Shown piece after piece: positions 44,137-54,247 of a DNA stretch of 64,000 nucleotides; within the stretch, counting starts at the first letter, position 1; each line of letters opens with the position of its first letter. Where the stretch lies: positions 32,001 to 96,000 of IMG/VR virus record IMGVR_UViG_3300038335_000014. One strand, written 5' to 3'. The notes under the pieces were generated by a model, which was given only the letters and a program-made list of their open reading frames with translations, made no database searches and was not told the DNA's origin. The stretch is from a virus (lineage: Duplodnaviria; Caudoviricetes). A program made the position numbers and the translations under genes.

Positions 44137-44168
44137 AAAAATAGGGGGCTATTTATAGCCCCCTATTT
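44137..44168 (-). terminator. intrinsic terminator after the major capsid gene
   Basis: AAATAGGGGGCTAT/ATAGCCCCCTATTT plus T-tract on the minus strand. Confidence 0.8.
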
Positions 44169-44180
44169 GTTAGCTACCGG

Positions 44181-45338
44181 TTAGGAAGCAGTAACAGTAA
44201 CAACACCGAGAAGATCAGTGATAACTGCTTTGTAAGCAGCGCGAGACAGGATCGCTCTGGTCTTTCTCATGGTGTTCGGGTCAATGAACCACGGTGAGAA
44301 ATAAGAGAGGATGTAAGGCGCGAAAACATAAGCGGTTTCTTCCCACTGAGCGGGGTTGTTGTAACCCATGAGGATTTTACCAGTGAGGAACGGATCAACA
44401 TAGATTTTCCATCTGTTGTTGAGAGTACCCATGAAGTAACGACCACCAGTAGAAACCTGCTGCATGGCGATATCAGTAGCATCAGCTCTGAAACCTGACA
44501 TTTTTTCGATGAAGGCTGCTTCGTCAGCACCAACAACGGCAAAGTTAGTTCTGCGGTAACGTTTCTTGAAGATCGCGTTATCAACGTCGATCATCTTTTC
44601 ATACAGGGTTTCCATCCAGTACTTTCTGTCCTGATAGCTCAGTCCAGAAGGTTCAGCTTTGCTGAAAGTAGCCGCGCCACCAGTTGCAACGGTGATCATG
44701 TTTTCGATGATCGTTCTGTCCCATTCACGGGCGATCTGTGCTGACAGACCATTGCTGAGAATGCTTTCAACATCTTTACCATGATAAGCCATCAAGTCCT
44801 GAGAGACTTCAACGGTAGCATGTGCTTTCAGCTTCTTTTCAACAGCTACAACGTCATCAGAAGTGATTTCGAAGTAGATGTCTTGAATAGCTGTCGGAGA
44901 GGCCGGATTGTATTCAACGTTGTTTGAAAAGTTTCTGTTACCGTGAATGTTGGTCGACAACGAAGTATCGTCAGCAACTTTCTTCATATCGGTGTAGAAA
45001 ATCTTCGCATTCGGCTGAGGAATCGGCTGAATTGAACAGATTTCCTTAGAAATCATGTTCGGGAATACCTTGTTAATCATAGCAAGGTCGTTGCGAACTA
45101 CGAATGCGATATTGCCGGTAGCTGTCTGTTCAGACATCGCGGTAATATTCACTGAATCGTAGTCAATGCGTTCCTGCATACACTGATCTTTCATCAGGTT
45201 ATCCATCAGGATTTGCATTTTGTTCTGATCTTGTTCACTAAGGGTTTTACCAGTGACAGCACTTTTTACGCCCTCGGTGAGATGACCAAAACGCGAATGA
45301 AGTCTTTCATCACGTTCAAGGAAAGATACAGTTCTCAT
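44181..45338 (-). CDS. major capsid protein (T4 gp23-like HK97 fold)
   Basis: ICSIQPI, KLKAH.TVEVSQDL.AYHG.DVE..L, GTLNNRWKIYVDP, FAPY, DP.TM. Confidence 0.88.
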   Translation of the reverse strand: MRTVSFLERDERLHSRFGHLTEGVKSAVTGKTLSEQDQNKMQILMDNLMKDQCMQERIDYDSVNITAMSEQTATGNIAFVVRNDLAMINKVFPNMISKEICSIQPIPQPNAKIFYTDMKKVADDTSLSTNIHGNRNFSNNVEYNPASPTAIQDIYFEITSDDVVAVEKKLKAHATVEVSQDLMAYHGKDVESILSNGLSAQIAREWDRTIIENMITVATGGAATFSKAEPSGLSYQDRKYWMETLYEKMIDVDNAIFKKRYRRTNFAVVGADEAAFIEKMSGFRADATDIAMQQVSTGGRYFMGTLNNRWKIYVDPFLTGKILMGYNNPAQWEETAYVFAPYILSYFSPWFIDPNTMRKTRAILSRAAYKAVITDLLGVVTVTAS

Positions 45339-45350
45339 TTGGTTAACTCC

Positions 45351-46616
45351 TTAGTTTTTTGCGAAATTCGCTTTGTAATACTCGATTGACAACGGTTCCA
45401 ATCCATCACGTTTGCGGTGACGGTTTCTGGCTGTGTAATCTGCGAACTGAGATTCAGTCAAACCACCGGTTTCGGGGGCTGCTTCAGTTTTTGTACCTTC
45501 AACAACAGATTTTGCAGGAGCCGGTTCGTTGGCTTCAGACTTGATCTGTTTGTAGAGTTCGAAATTCTTTTCAAAAACTGTATTAACTTCATCAATAGTC
45601 AAACAGTTCTGGAAAATACCTTCAAATGCTTTCATTTTGAAAACATTCGGGTGAGTGGCTTCAAGCTGCTTAATCTGTGCATCTCTGGCTTCTTTAGCAG
45701 CATTAGCTTTAATACCCTGAATTTCTTCTTTGAGTCGAACGACTTCAGCTTGGGCTTCGGTCAATTTCGTGTTGAGTTCTTCATTACCAGCTTTGGCTTC
45801 TTCCACAAGCTTGCTTTCTTCAACGACAGTAAAGAGTTCAGGGCAAACAGTTTTGATGCTTTCGGTCAAAGACTTAACGGTTTCTGAGAGTTTCTTGTTG
45901 GTTTCAGCAAGAACATCTTTTTCAGCAACCAATGCAGTCTTTACGGTTTCTGCCTGTGCTGTGGCTTCATCTACGGCTTTTTTAACTTCTGATTCGATAA
46001 CAGTAGCCTTAAATGATTCCATAAGCTCAGGATAAGCCGATTTCAGTTCATCAATGGTTTTCATCGGGTTACTCCTTCGATTAGATTCTATCTGACAATA
46101 AGCTTCTGTATCGCTTACAGAAGGATCATCCACAAAGTCAAACGTCTTGAGGTCAAATCCGGGTTGAATAACGTCGAATTTACCTGCATGTGGCGGGAAT
46201 TCTTGGTCATATGCAGCAGCACCATAACCGCGAGTCGAAACACCAAGCTTACCACCAGCATCAACAATAGCTTTAAGGTCTTTACCAGCAGCAGTGTCGA
46301 TGATTTGTGCTTTATAATAAGCATACCCAGCGGCGTCAACATCGGATATCTCAAGAACAATTGCGCCTACTGAACGCATACTTGCTTCCCAAGCAGGATG
46401 ATCGACCATCATTCTGACACGACCGGCTTCAACTTTTGGTCTTAATGCTTCAATTGCCTTCTGCATTACTTCTCTTGGGTAAATACGATTGTTACCATTA
46501 GGCCAATCGCAACGTGTAAATGGCCCAGAGATGATGTACTTCTTATTACCGGATTCTTCAAGGCAATCCAGTCGCATCTGTTCAAACCATTGTACTTCAA
46601 GAAATTCTTTTTTCAT
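45351..46616 (-). CDS. prohead protease (T4 gp21-like) fused to a coiled-coil scaffold
   Basis: N.NNRIYP, DHP, GVSTRGYG, FDFVDDPS; long helical C-terminus. Confidence 0.88.
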   Translation of the reverse strand: MKKEFLEVQWFEQMRLDCLEESGNKKYIISGPFTRCDWPNGNNRIYPREVMQKAIEALRPKVEAGRVRMMVDHPAWEASMRSVGAIVLEISDVDAAGYAYYKAQIIDTAAGKDLKAIVDAGGKLGVSTRGYGAAAYDQEFPPHAGKFDVIQPGFDLKTFDFVDDPSVSDTEAYCQIESNRRSNPMKTIDELKSAYPELMESFKATVIESEVKKAVDEATAQAETVKTALVAEKDVLAETNKKLSETVKSLTESIKTVCPELFTVVEESKLVEEAKAGNEELNTKLTEAQAEVVRLKEEIQGIKANAAKEARDAQIKQLEATHPNVFKMKAFEGIFQNCLTIDEVNTVFEKNFELYKQIKSEANEPAPAKSVVEGTKTEAAPETGGLTESQFADYTARNRHRKRDGLEPLSIEYYKANFAKN

Positions 46617-46648
46617 ATTATCTACCCTTAATTACATTCACAATCTTC

Positions 46649-46677
46649 ACTCTAACAACTTTTAAACTCAGTGTCAA
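46649..46677 (-). promoter_or_regulatory. sigma70-type promoter for protease-capsid genes
   Basis: Minus strand TTGACA-17 nt-TAGAGT with TG. Confidence 0.65.
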
Positions 46678-46820
46678 ATAATTACATTTGCTAAAGCGTA
46701 ATAATATGGATATAGAATCTTTTCATCTACAGCTCGTTTGTAATAGAAGAAAAACTTATCAATCTGTTTCTCTGTAAGTCCTTCATCTTTTAATCTTTGT
46801 TCAATGTCGATTTTTGCCAT
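46674..46820 (-). CDS. small hypothetical protein (48 aa, not in track)
   Basis: MAKIDIEQRLKDEGLTEKQ...; TAATG coupling, GAGG RBS. Confidence 0.5.
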   Translation of the reverse strand: MAKIDIEQRLKDEGLTEKQIDKFFFYYKRAVDEKILYPYYYALANVII

Positions 46821-47227
46821 TATCTGTACCTCAGAACACCTTTTCTCTTACTTGTCGCCAGTTTAGCAGACGCACCACCACCCATATTCATCGCTCTATA
46901 TGAGTGAATGCCATGTTTGGAGAGGTCGATATTCATTTGTAAAGTTCCACCACTACGAGTTGTCAGTGTAATCATTGATCTCCGCCAACTCTTAGGCTTA
47001 ATGTTCATACTGGTTGCGTCGTACCTTGTAGACAACGATGTTAGAAATCTTCTGCTTTTCCTAACAAATCGAGAATAAACAGCTTTAAGGCGGCGATTCA
47101 TTGTTAAGGCTTTTTTGCCCGGATAAACATAGATGTAATTACCGGGAGTTCCAATGCGTTGTAGGTATTTTGAACCTGACAACTTTATTCCCTTTGAGTA
47201 TTCAAGAAATTCGGCTTTAATCGACAT
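46820..47227 (-). CDS. basic hypothetical head-region protein
   Basis: Very Arg/Lys-rich; KYLQRIGTPGNYIYVY. Confidence 0.55.
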   Translation of the reverse strand: MSIKAEFLEYSKGIKLSGSKYLQRIGTPGNYIYVYPGKKALTMNRRLKAVYSRFVRKSRRFLTSLSTRYDATSMNIKPKSWRRSMITLTTRSGGTLQMNIDLSKHGIHSYRAMNMGGGASAKLATSKRKGVLRYR

Positions 47228-49601
47228 CTGAATTATCCTTAAAGATTACATCCGTTAATGTATCTAATGTTAATCCCTTTTCGAACAATGTGTCAACAAC
47301 AACTTTGCTTCCAGATACAGATGTTACTTTTCCATAAACATGTGTATTACCAATAAATGTCGCCACAAATGCACCAGCTTTAACATCTTTGGTATTTTCC
47401 AAGAAATCAAATCTTGTACTTTTTTTATAATGCCGTGCTTCATGCAGCATATCAGCAACAGTAAATTTCACATTTACAGCAAGATCATTATCTTTAATAA
47501 ATGATGTTAATTCATTCTTAATCATTGTCGCGTTATCCATATAATCAGCAATACCTGTGACTTCATAGCGAAGCCTTGTCTGATAATATGCCAGCAGTTT
47601 ATCATTCATTGTCGTGTATTGCCCAAGTGTAGGTATTACATTCCTTGCTTCAGTGTAGTTATCAAGAATGAAGTTCGTGTAATTAGTATTTACACCACCA
47701 TTATAATAGACAAGTCGGCATAAGCAGTTCGACATGCAATTATGAGCAACTAACCCATTATTTGTAACATAGCTTTCATCGCCTTCAACTGTGAATGACA
47801 ACAATCTTCTGGCTGTCAGATCACTCGTTTTAATTTTTGTTATGTTCTTGATGGTTCTATAATAACCACGAAAGTTTCCATCATGATTATTCAGAATCAA
47901 ATTCATCTTTTGGTAAACAGATTCAATGTTGTTGAAATCGGATTCCCAAAATCTATAAAGTTGGTAATTATGTTTTTTTGCCAACTCTTCCTTATTGTGG
48001 TCTTTTATTACATGCTTTGCTTGTCTTTGATCTAAATGATCGTAATCATAAAGTTCTGGGTTTGCGTGCCAATAATCACCATCAACTTCGATGATAATAT
48101 TATATTCTGGTAAATAAAAATCATAAAATGAATTCTCTAACCTTAGTTGTGTTTCATATTTGATGTTTAATTCATTCAACACAACAATCATCTTTTTCTC
48201 GGCTGATGTGTGATGGAAGTCACCACGATCCTTTAAATCGTTGACTTTACGTTCATATAAATCACTAAATTTTGCAGGATCGGCGCATAATCTGGCATCT
48301 CTACAAAACACTCTACGTTCTTCTCTTGTCATGGACTTCATAAATAAGTTGAGAGGATTTTTACCGTCTTTTGTTAATTTCCGCATTGCCTCTTGGGCCT
48401 TTTTCGGGCATTTAAAACGAAGAATATCTGCTCTTTCTTTACCATAGAGTTCTTCATATGTTTTACCAATGCGTGATTTGTGGATTTTTTCTAATTCTTT
48501 TCGTCCACGTTCATTGATTGCTTTCAAGTTATCTGGGTTTTCTCGGTATTTTTCCAAACCTATTCCAAACCTGCCATATTTCTCAAGTTGTTTCTTTCGC
48601 CCTTTCGCCCATTTATCACCATTTCCTTTGTTAGAGCAAGAAATGGAACAAAATTCGAAATTAATTGCTCGTGGGTCATCATATTTAATTGTTTTTCCAC
48701 AGTGTTTACATTTATGTGATACAAATAAAAGTCTGTCACCAGTGGCTAGATTTTCTGCACGAACCCATTCTTTATCACGAATAGACAAATGATCATATGC
48801 CATATACACAACGATTGGTGTTTTCTTTTCTCTTGTTACAAATTCGACCTTATAACAGTATTCATCTGTAAATTTTTCATTGATAATTTTTGTTACTTTT
48901 TTCCACTTGCCTTTATGTGAAAGAACATAATCACCAATTCGAACATCTATAAATTTTTTCCAACCATCCGGTGTTAAAACTTTATACCAGTTTGTATTAC
49001 CTACAAAACAGCGACTATTGCAGCTTTTAGGAACACCAGGTAATGTTTTCTTAGTGTATGGGCTTTTTGCAGCAAAAAATAAACAATCGAAACAATGCTT
49101 ATCTGTTACACCAAGAACCCATTGTATTTCAATGTTTTCTGGTAAATAAGCAATGTCTGCAAACCTGAACATTGGATCAAGACCATCAGCATACATGTTC
49201 ATACGCCGCTTATAATCCATCTTACCAGTTCTATTTTGAATATCAACAGCAAACCGCTTCATGAAATCCATTTCTTTGGTCGTTTGAAAAACGATCATTC
49301 GGCGTTCTTTATCATTTAAAGTGGTTTCTGTATTCTGGTTGAATCGTTTTCCAAGTAAGAAAGCCGTTGTGAAGTGGTTTTTAATAGTTTTCTGTTGTAA
49401 CTTGTTAAACTCATCTTCTGTAATCTTACCAGACATCAATGCATTCATATTGCGGAAAAGTTCTTTTTTATAGCTTTTCTTAGCACCCATGAACGTTTTC
49501 ACGGTGCTTGATTTATCGAAATAAGAAGTGCCGTGGGTAATCCCCACGGCATTATTCCGTGTTAAAAAGCTTTTGGAAAACTTTTCTTCGTTGTGTTTCA
49601 T
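47217..49601 (-). CDS. head morphogenesis (Mu gpF-like) protein containing an intein
   Basis: After the portal; W......HCFDC...P...C...C..NCLCRL motif split by the intein. Confidence 0.75.
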   Translation of the reverse strand: MKHNEEKFSKSFLTRNNAVGITHGTSYFDKSSTVKTFMGAKKSYKKELFRNMNALMSGKITEDEFNKLQQKTIKNHFTTAFLLGKRFNQNTETTLNDKERRMIVFQTTKEMDFMKRFAVDIQNRTGKMDYKRRMNMYADGLDPMFRFADIAYLPENIEIQWVLGVTDKHCFDCLFFAAKSPYTKKTLPGVPKSCNSRCFVGNTNWYKVLTPDGWKKFIDVRIGDYVLSHKGKWKKVTKIINEKFTDEYCYKVEFVTREKKTPIVVYMAYDHLSIRDKEWVRAENLATGDRLLFVSHKCKHCGKTIKYDDPRAINFEFCSISCSNKGNGDKWAKGRKKQLEKYGRFGIGLEKYRENPDNLKAINERGRKELEKIHKSRIGKTYEELYGKERADILRFKCPKKAQEAMRKLTKDGKNPLNLFMKSMTREERRVFCRDARLCADPAKFSDLYERKVNDLKDRGDFHHTSAEKKMIVVLNELNIKYETQLRLENSFYDFYLPEYNIIIEVDGDYWHANPELYDYDHLDQRQAKHVIKDHNKEELAKKHNYQLYRFWESDFNNIESVYQKMNLILNNHDGNFRGYYRTIKNITKIKTSDLTARRLLSFTVEGDESYVTNNGLVAHNCMSNCLCRLVYYNGGVNTNYTNFILDNYTEARNVIPTLGQYTTMNDKLLAYYQTRLRYEVTGIADYMDNATMIKNELTSFIKDNDLAVNVKFTVADMLHEARHYKKSTRFDFLENTKDVKAGAFVATFIGNTHVYGKVTSVSGSKVVVDTLFEKGLTLDTLTDVIFKDNSDVD
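47739..49010 (-). mobile_element. intein (424 aa) with DUF559/Vsr-like endonuclease
   Basis: Starts CFVG, DH in block B, ends LVAHN before Cys; internal YDFYL...IIEVDGDYWH...RFWESD. Confidence 0.88.
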
Positions 49602-51346
49602 GCGAAAAGTTTGGCCTGTGTCAGTTCAATAAGCTCGATAACGATCTGTTTCATGTCTGGGTTCTTATCAAGGGTATCTTGAATCTTCATCCATTTTTTA
49701 AACTTAGCTTCACCAAGTTTTTTCTGCATGAAACCAAGTAACTCTTCTTTTGTAGCTTCCCGATCATCTTCATCGGATTCTTTTTCTGCTTTCTTCTTGG
49801 CCTTAACAGGTTTCTTCTTATCATCAGCATCTGTGTCAGTACCATTCTCAAAGTCATCAGGTGACTTATCACTTTCATCATCAGCGTTGATAAGAAGATC
49901 ATCAATTTCGTCTTGGTGTTTTGCTTCTATGTCATCAAGACGCTTCTGTAATGCGAGAGCTTCTTCTTCAGTCATACCAAGGATAACTGTGTAAATAAAC
50001 AAGTCATCGGCAAGACCAAGTTCAGCCCACATTGAGCCGCAATCCAACTTGAGTTTTTCGATTCTCCAACGTCTTTCTTCATCAATGAAGTTAGAAATCG
50101 GCCAAGTCATTTTCAAATCTTCTGGTTTTACAATAACACCCTCAAGAGCAAGGGCACTGATGTAAAACTGTTTGATTTGAGGTTCAAGAATTGATTGAAA
50201 GCGTCGAATCTTTCGTAAGAAACCAGTCATCTGTGTTTCTGCCGTTGATTTCGAGTTCAAATCTGTTTCTTTACCAATGATTACCTTTGGTGTGTTCGTA
50301 GCGAAGATCATCTTATTCTGGAAATAGTTGATGTCTTCAATGTTCTTACCGGCCATGTTAGCATTATTCAGAGGAATAACATTGGCTCCCGAACCTTGTC
50401 TGGTAGGAACAACGATATCTTCAATTACAGAAAGTGGGTTGTATTCCCACGACCACTGACCGGTTCTCTGATCAATGTATTTGCGTCTGAAAATCTTTTT
50501 CTTATATTTATCAACGTAATCAAGAGCTTCATCTCCTTCATAATTACCAACATCTACAACGATTGCATAGTGTTGGTTGGCTCTTGAAAGTCTTGTAATC
50601 ATAAGACCTTCTTCCATAAGCCTTAACTGACGATATGAAAGTCTTGCAAACTGAAGCATTGAAGTACCTTTTCGATACTTCACATATTTGTTTCTGTCCA
50701 ACGCCAAACAAAGGTGAAAGACTTCATCCTCTGTTAGTTCTGCAATAGTCTTACCTACATCATTAACCTGAAGATACGCAGGAGACTTGAGGTTGCCATT
50801 CTCGACGTTTGGAACCATTGTTTTAACAGAAATATGTCGAAAACCAAGAACTCTGTTTCTGTCCTTGTTTACGATGAGTTCTTCAAAGTTATCACCATAC
50901 TTGAGAGTATTGCGAACCATCGTAAAAGCCTCTTGTTGCATATTTGTTCTGTTTGTAATATCGTCGATCTTCTTTTGAACAGAACTGCGCGGATGTGCTA
51001 CTTTGAAAATCTCCGTCTTTGATGTATCACTTGGGTAGACAACAAAATCTGCGTTTGCATCAAGTGCAGCAGACATTTCTGGTACTTCTTCATCCATCAA
51101 ATCATAATCAAGATACTTTCGTTTGTCACTTGCGTTGCGATCAAGCTTGGTTTCGATGTAATTTTCCCAATTGAACATCGTGTCTACATCGTCTGTCTGG
51201 CTTTTAGGGGAAGCCATTTGTGTATTGAACTTTTCAAGCATATCCATACGGACTTCATTACGAACCTGTTCAAGTTCGGCTTCTTTACGACTATTCCACC
51301 AATTTTTTATGGAGTCAAACATCTTGGCTACCCCTTCTGCACCCAT
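49598..51346 (-). CDS. portal protein (T4 gp20-like)
   Basis: YRQLRLMEEGLMITRLSRA, VDVGN, EDIVVPTRQG, IEDINYF. Confidence 0.88.
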   Translation of the reverse strand: MGAEGVAKMFDSIKNWWNSRKEAELEQVRNEVRMDMLEKFNTQMASPKSQTDDVDTMFNWENYIETKLDRNASDKRKYLDYDLMDEEVPEMSAALDANADFVVYPSDTSKTEIFKVAHPRSSVQKKIDDITNRTNMQQEAFTMVRNTLKYGDNFEELIVNKDRNRVLGFRHISVKTMVPNVENGNLKSPAYLQVNDVGKTIAELTEDEVFHLCLALDRNKYVKYRKGTSMLQFARLSYRQLRLMEEGLMITRLSRANQHYAIVVDVGNYEGDEALDYVDKYKKKIFRRKYIDQRTGQWSWEYNPLSVIEDIVVPTRQGSGANVIPLNNANMAGKNIEDINYFQNKMIFATNTPKVIIGKETDLNSKSTAETQMTGFLRKIRRFQSILEPQIKQFYISALALEGVIVKPEDLKMTWPISNFIDEERRWRIEKLKLDCGSMWAELGLADDLFIYTVILGMTEEEALALQKRLDDIEAKHQDEIDDLLINADDESDKSPDDFENGTDTDADDKKKPVKAKKKAEKESDEDDREATKEELLGFMQKKLGEAKFKKWMKIQDTLDKNPDMKQIVIELIELTQAKLFA

Positions 51347-53712
51347 TTATTAAATTTTTCGAGAGTATCTTCTAACGATTCTCTTGATGATACACTAGAA
51401 CCATCATGAATTGCAACAGGCATTAGTGGTGTTTCGTTGTACATTGGATTGATATGCATATGGTAAATGATCTGACCAACGGCATCACTTAAATCCTTTG
51501 AGTTGTGTACAAATATTCCTGCACTTAAAGCGAAGTTACTTGTTAGTGGCACTTCAATATCATACACTGGAATTTCTTCGTCACTAATGATTGTGATAAC
51601 AAATGAAACAGCACAACTACCATCAAATGACATCAATGAATCATTTTCAACCAATTCGTCGGCGCGTTTATATGACCCATCTCTCACCATAAATGGATGT
51701 TCCACGGTACATTTAACCACTTCGCCATTATCGAGAGTGACTTCTAAGTATTCTTTAACCTTCTTTGTTTCCCATATTTTTTTAGCAATGGTTGGAACGA
51801 TTACGCCATTTTCATTACAGCCATATAGTTCAACATTTTCTTGACCAACAAGTTCAGATATTGGAACATGTTTACCGTTCAGCAACTTTATTTTTGTATC
51901 CCCTAATAAACAGCTCCTTACATTATGATCAATTTTGCCTTTAACATAATCTCTTTCAAGTTCGTTTAATTCTAACTCTAATAAAGGATGATATACCGAA
52001 GCAATCCTCTCTTCGTATAACGCAGTTCTAAATGTTTCGTATGGTTCTGTTGTTTTATCCATTGAAATGTAAACTGCTTCAATGTTATTTCGTTTTAAGA
52101 TTTGTAAAAAGTCTGCCGATTGGAAACCATCCATTGACGCCAATCGGATTCTGTAACCATTTTTCATCATTTGAAAAATCAAATAACGAACACGACCAAG
52201 TTCTACTTCGCCGAACTCTTCTTCCTTCTTGATGCTTAATAACAGTTCTATAACACATTTAGGCATCTTTTCCTTGTAAACCTTCATAGTTTGTGTAGCT
52301 GCATCTAAATATGTTCTTTCTACCTGTTCCATTCCGTCGATATACCCAACAGCAATACCAAATCTATCCTTCTTCAAACCAATATCCACACCGACGTATC
52401 TAATATGGCCGGGTTTCCTTATCGGTACATTAAGAAGGTGTTCCAACGCCATATATTCTGGTTTTGGTGAAAGCGTAGCAACATCAACGCTAAATATTCG
52501 CTCAAGACCCATTTCTGTACCGGATTGGAACATCTTGCCGATATATTCTTTATTGCCGATAAATGGTTGAACTGTATAGATACCGATACCTGCGATATCT
52601 CGGATAGCATTGTCGATATCGCTTTGGAATTTATCGTAAAAATCCATTGGTACGTGGATAACTTCGCCTACAATGTCGCGATCCCATTCATCAAGGATTC
52701 TACTGCGTCTATTCAATCCACCAATTTCTACACGGAATTCATCTTTTGAATAACGTTCACGGTTAACTTTCCATAAGTTGTAATCCATGACAAAGCATTG
52801 TTTCTTGCCTTTTTCTTTCTCAAGCTCCATCGCTTTGTTAATACGTTCACTTGTGAAGTCATTTGGATAAACTTTAGATGAGCCAATGTAAAAGATTCCC
52901 GGCTTATGTCCTTTTTTCAAGAAACGGGCATCCAACCTTCTGCGAACACTCTGATAGAGTACCAGTGCTTCATCGAAGATTTCTCCAGCATCCTGTGCTC
53001 GTTTTGAATTGCTTACCTTTTTGAAAAAGTTGGCTTCATCGAGAGCAGCAGCATAAATATTCAAACCGATTGTAGATGAGTGTGATGATGTTGCACTCAT
53101 AAGTTCAATATTGTTTGGGAACAATAATGAATCGGCGGCTCGTTTATCATCATATTGAAAGTTTTCTTTAAAGTATGGAATGATTTTAAGAGCCTCTTTA
53201 ACACCAGAGAACATATTTTTCTTGCCCTGTTTTTCTGTAATAGAAATGATCATTACAGTTATCTTCGTGTTAGAAGCAAGTTCAAAATACTTCTGTGGGT
53301 GTTTTAAACAAGACAGCAAATACAGTTGCCATAATAGGGAAATTTCCATAAAGAATGATTTCCCCCAACCGATACCACCGGTTAGAATAGCTTCATTATA
53401 TTCTGAATCAGGCCCATGTAATTCGCAGAAATCTTTAAATAATTGATCATGTAATGTTTCACAAACACCAATCCCGGTTTCTGGATTCTTTCCAAGGTAA
53501 TAAGGGTCAGTTAAAAAAACAGTTGGCGAAACCGGTGTCCACTTGTAAGGATTTGCTTCTTCAAGAAGTTCAGAAAACGATTCTTCGATCATTTTAAGAA
53601 TCAATTCTTCATTACCGGCGTATTTTTCAAGAAGTTCTTGTACAAAACCCTCATTATCAAGAGTTTTTAACAAAATCTTCCTTATTTCTTCAACCTTATT
53701 GTTTTTAATCAT
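51328..53712 (-). CDS. terL: terminase large subunit with mini-intein
   Basis: Walker A GGIGWGKS, Walker B ALDE, nuclease YVGVDIG, DGFQS, KIDH^SKDLSDA. Confidence 0.9.
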   Translation of the reverse strand: MIKNNKVEEIRKILLKTLDNEGFVQELLEKYAGNEELILKMIEESFSELLEEANPYKWTPVSPTVFLTDPYYLGKNPETGIGVCETLHDQLFKDFCELHGPDSEYNEAILTGGIGWGKSFFMEISLLWQLYLLSCLKHPQKYFELASNTKITVMIISITEKQGKKNMFSGVKEALKIIPYFKENFQYDDKRAADSLLFPNNIELMSATSSHSSTIGLNIYAAALDEANFFKKVSNSKRAQDAGEIFDEALVLYQSVRRRLDARFLKKGHKPGIFYIGSSKVYPNDFTSERINKAMELEKEKGKKQCFVMDYNLWKVNRERYSKDEFRVEIGGLNRRSRILDEWDRDIVGEVIHVPMDFYDKFQSDIDNAIRDIAGIGIYTVQPFIGNKEYIGKMFQSGTEMGLERIFSVDVATLSPKPEYMALEHLLNVPIRKPGHIRYVGVDIGLKKDRFGIAVGYIDGMEQVERTYLDAATQTMKVYKEKMPKCVIELLLSIKKEEEFGEVELGRVRYLIFQMMKNGYRIRLASMDGFQSADFLQILKRNNIEAVYISMDKTTEPYETFRTALYEERIASVYHPLLELELNELERDYVKGKIDHNVRSCLLGDTKIKLLNGKHVPISELVGQENVELYGCNENGVIVPTIAKKIWETKKVKEYLEVTLDNGEVVKCTVEHPFMVRDGSYKRADELVENDSLMSFDGSCAVSFVITIISDEEIPVYDIEVPLTSNFALSAGIFVHNSKDLSDAVGQIIYHMHINPMYNETPLMPVAIHDGSSVSSRESLEDTLEKFNKWVQKG
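51502..51912 (-). mobile_element. mini-intein (137 aa)
   Basis: CLLGDT...CTVEHPF...VYDIEV...NFAL..GIFVHN followed by Ser. Confidence 0.92.
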
Positions 53713-53727
53713 AATTAAAAGAACCTA

Positions 53728-53756
53728 TTGACAAACAAACCTTTTCATGTTAGAAT
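53728..53756 (+). promoter_or_regulatory. sigma70-type promoter, divergent from terL
   Basis: TTGACA-17 nt-TAGAAT with TG. Confidence 0.75.
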
Positions 53757-53808
53757 CGCATCTCAAGCGAGTTTTAAACACCTTCATCATAATAGATAGG
53801 AGCATACA

Positions 53809-54246
53809 ATGTCAAGTAAGAAGGAAGTTTTACAACCAAAACCAAAAGTTTTGGATTCTGGTAAGAGGCAAGAGTTTTCTACCGGGAGCAGGAGAGATAT
53901 ACAAGAAGGAAAAGGGCTTCCAAGTTTATTACAGCTAATTGCGATTATGGAAGTTGCTAAAGTGTGTGAAGCCGGTGCTGAAAAATACGGGAGAGAAAAT
54001 TGGAGAAAAGGGCAACCATTGAGCAGGTATTTTGACTCAGCGATAAGGCATATGTTTAAATTCGCTTTAAACTGGAAAGACGAACCGCATTTACCACAAG
54101 CCATTTGGAATCTCATGTGTTTAATTGAAACAAAGTCTATGATAACAATGGGGTTGCTGCCAAAAGAATTAGATGACCTACCAAATGAATTTTTTCAGAA
54201 TGATGATATGGCAAATCTAATGAAAACAATGCTTGGGTATTCATAA
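53809..54246 (+). CDS. dATP/dGTP diphosphohydrolase (DUF5664-like)
   Basis: F.TG..RD...GK, GAEKYG.ENW.KG, DSA.RH, DE.HL....WN. Confidence 0.8.
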   Translation: MSSKKEVLQPKPKVLDSGKRQEFSTGSRRDIQEGKGLPSLLQLIAIMEVAKVCEAGAEKYGRENWRKGQPLSRYFDSAIRHMFKFALNWKDEPHLPQAIWNLMCLIETKSMITMGLLPKELDDLPNEFFQNDDMANLMKTMLGYS

Positions 54247-54247
54247 A

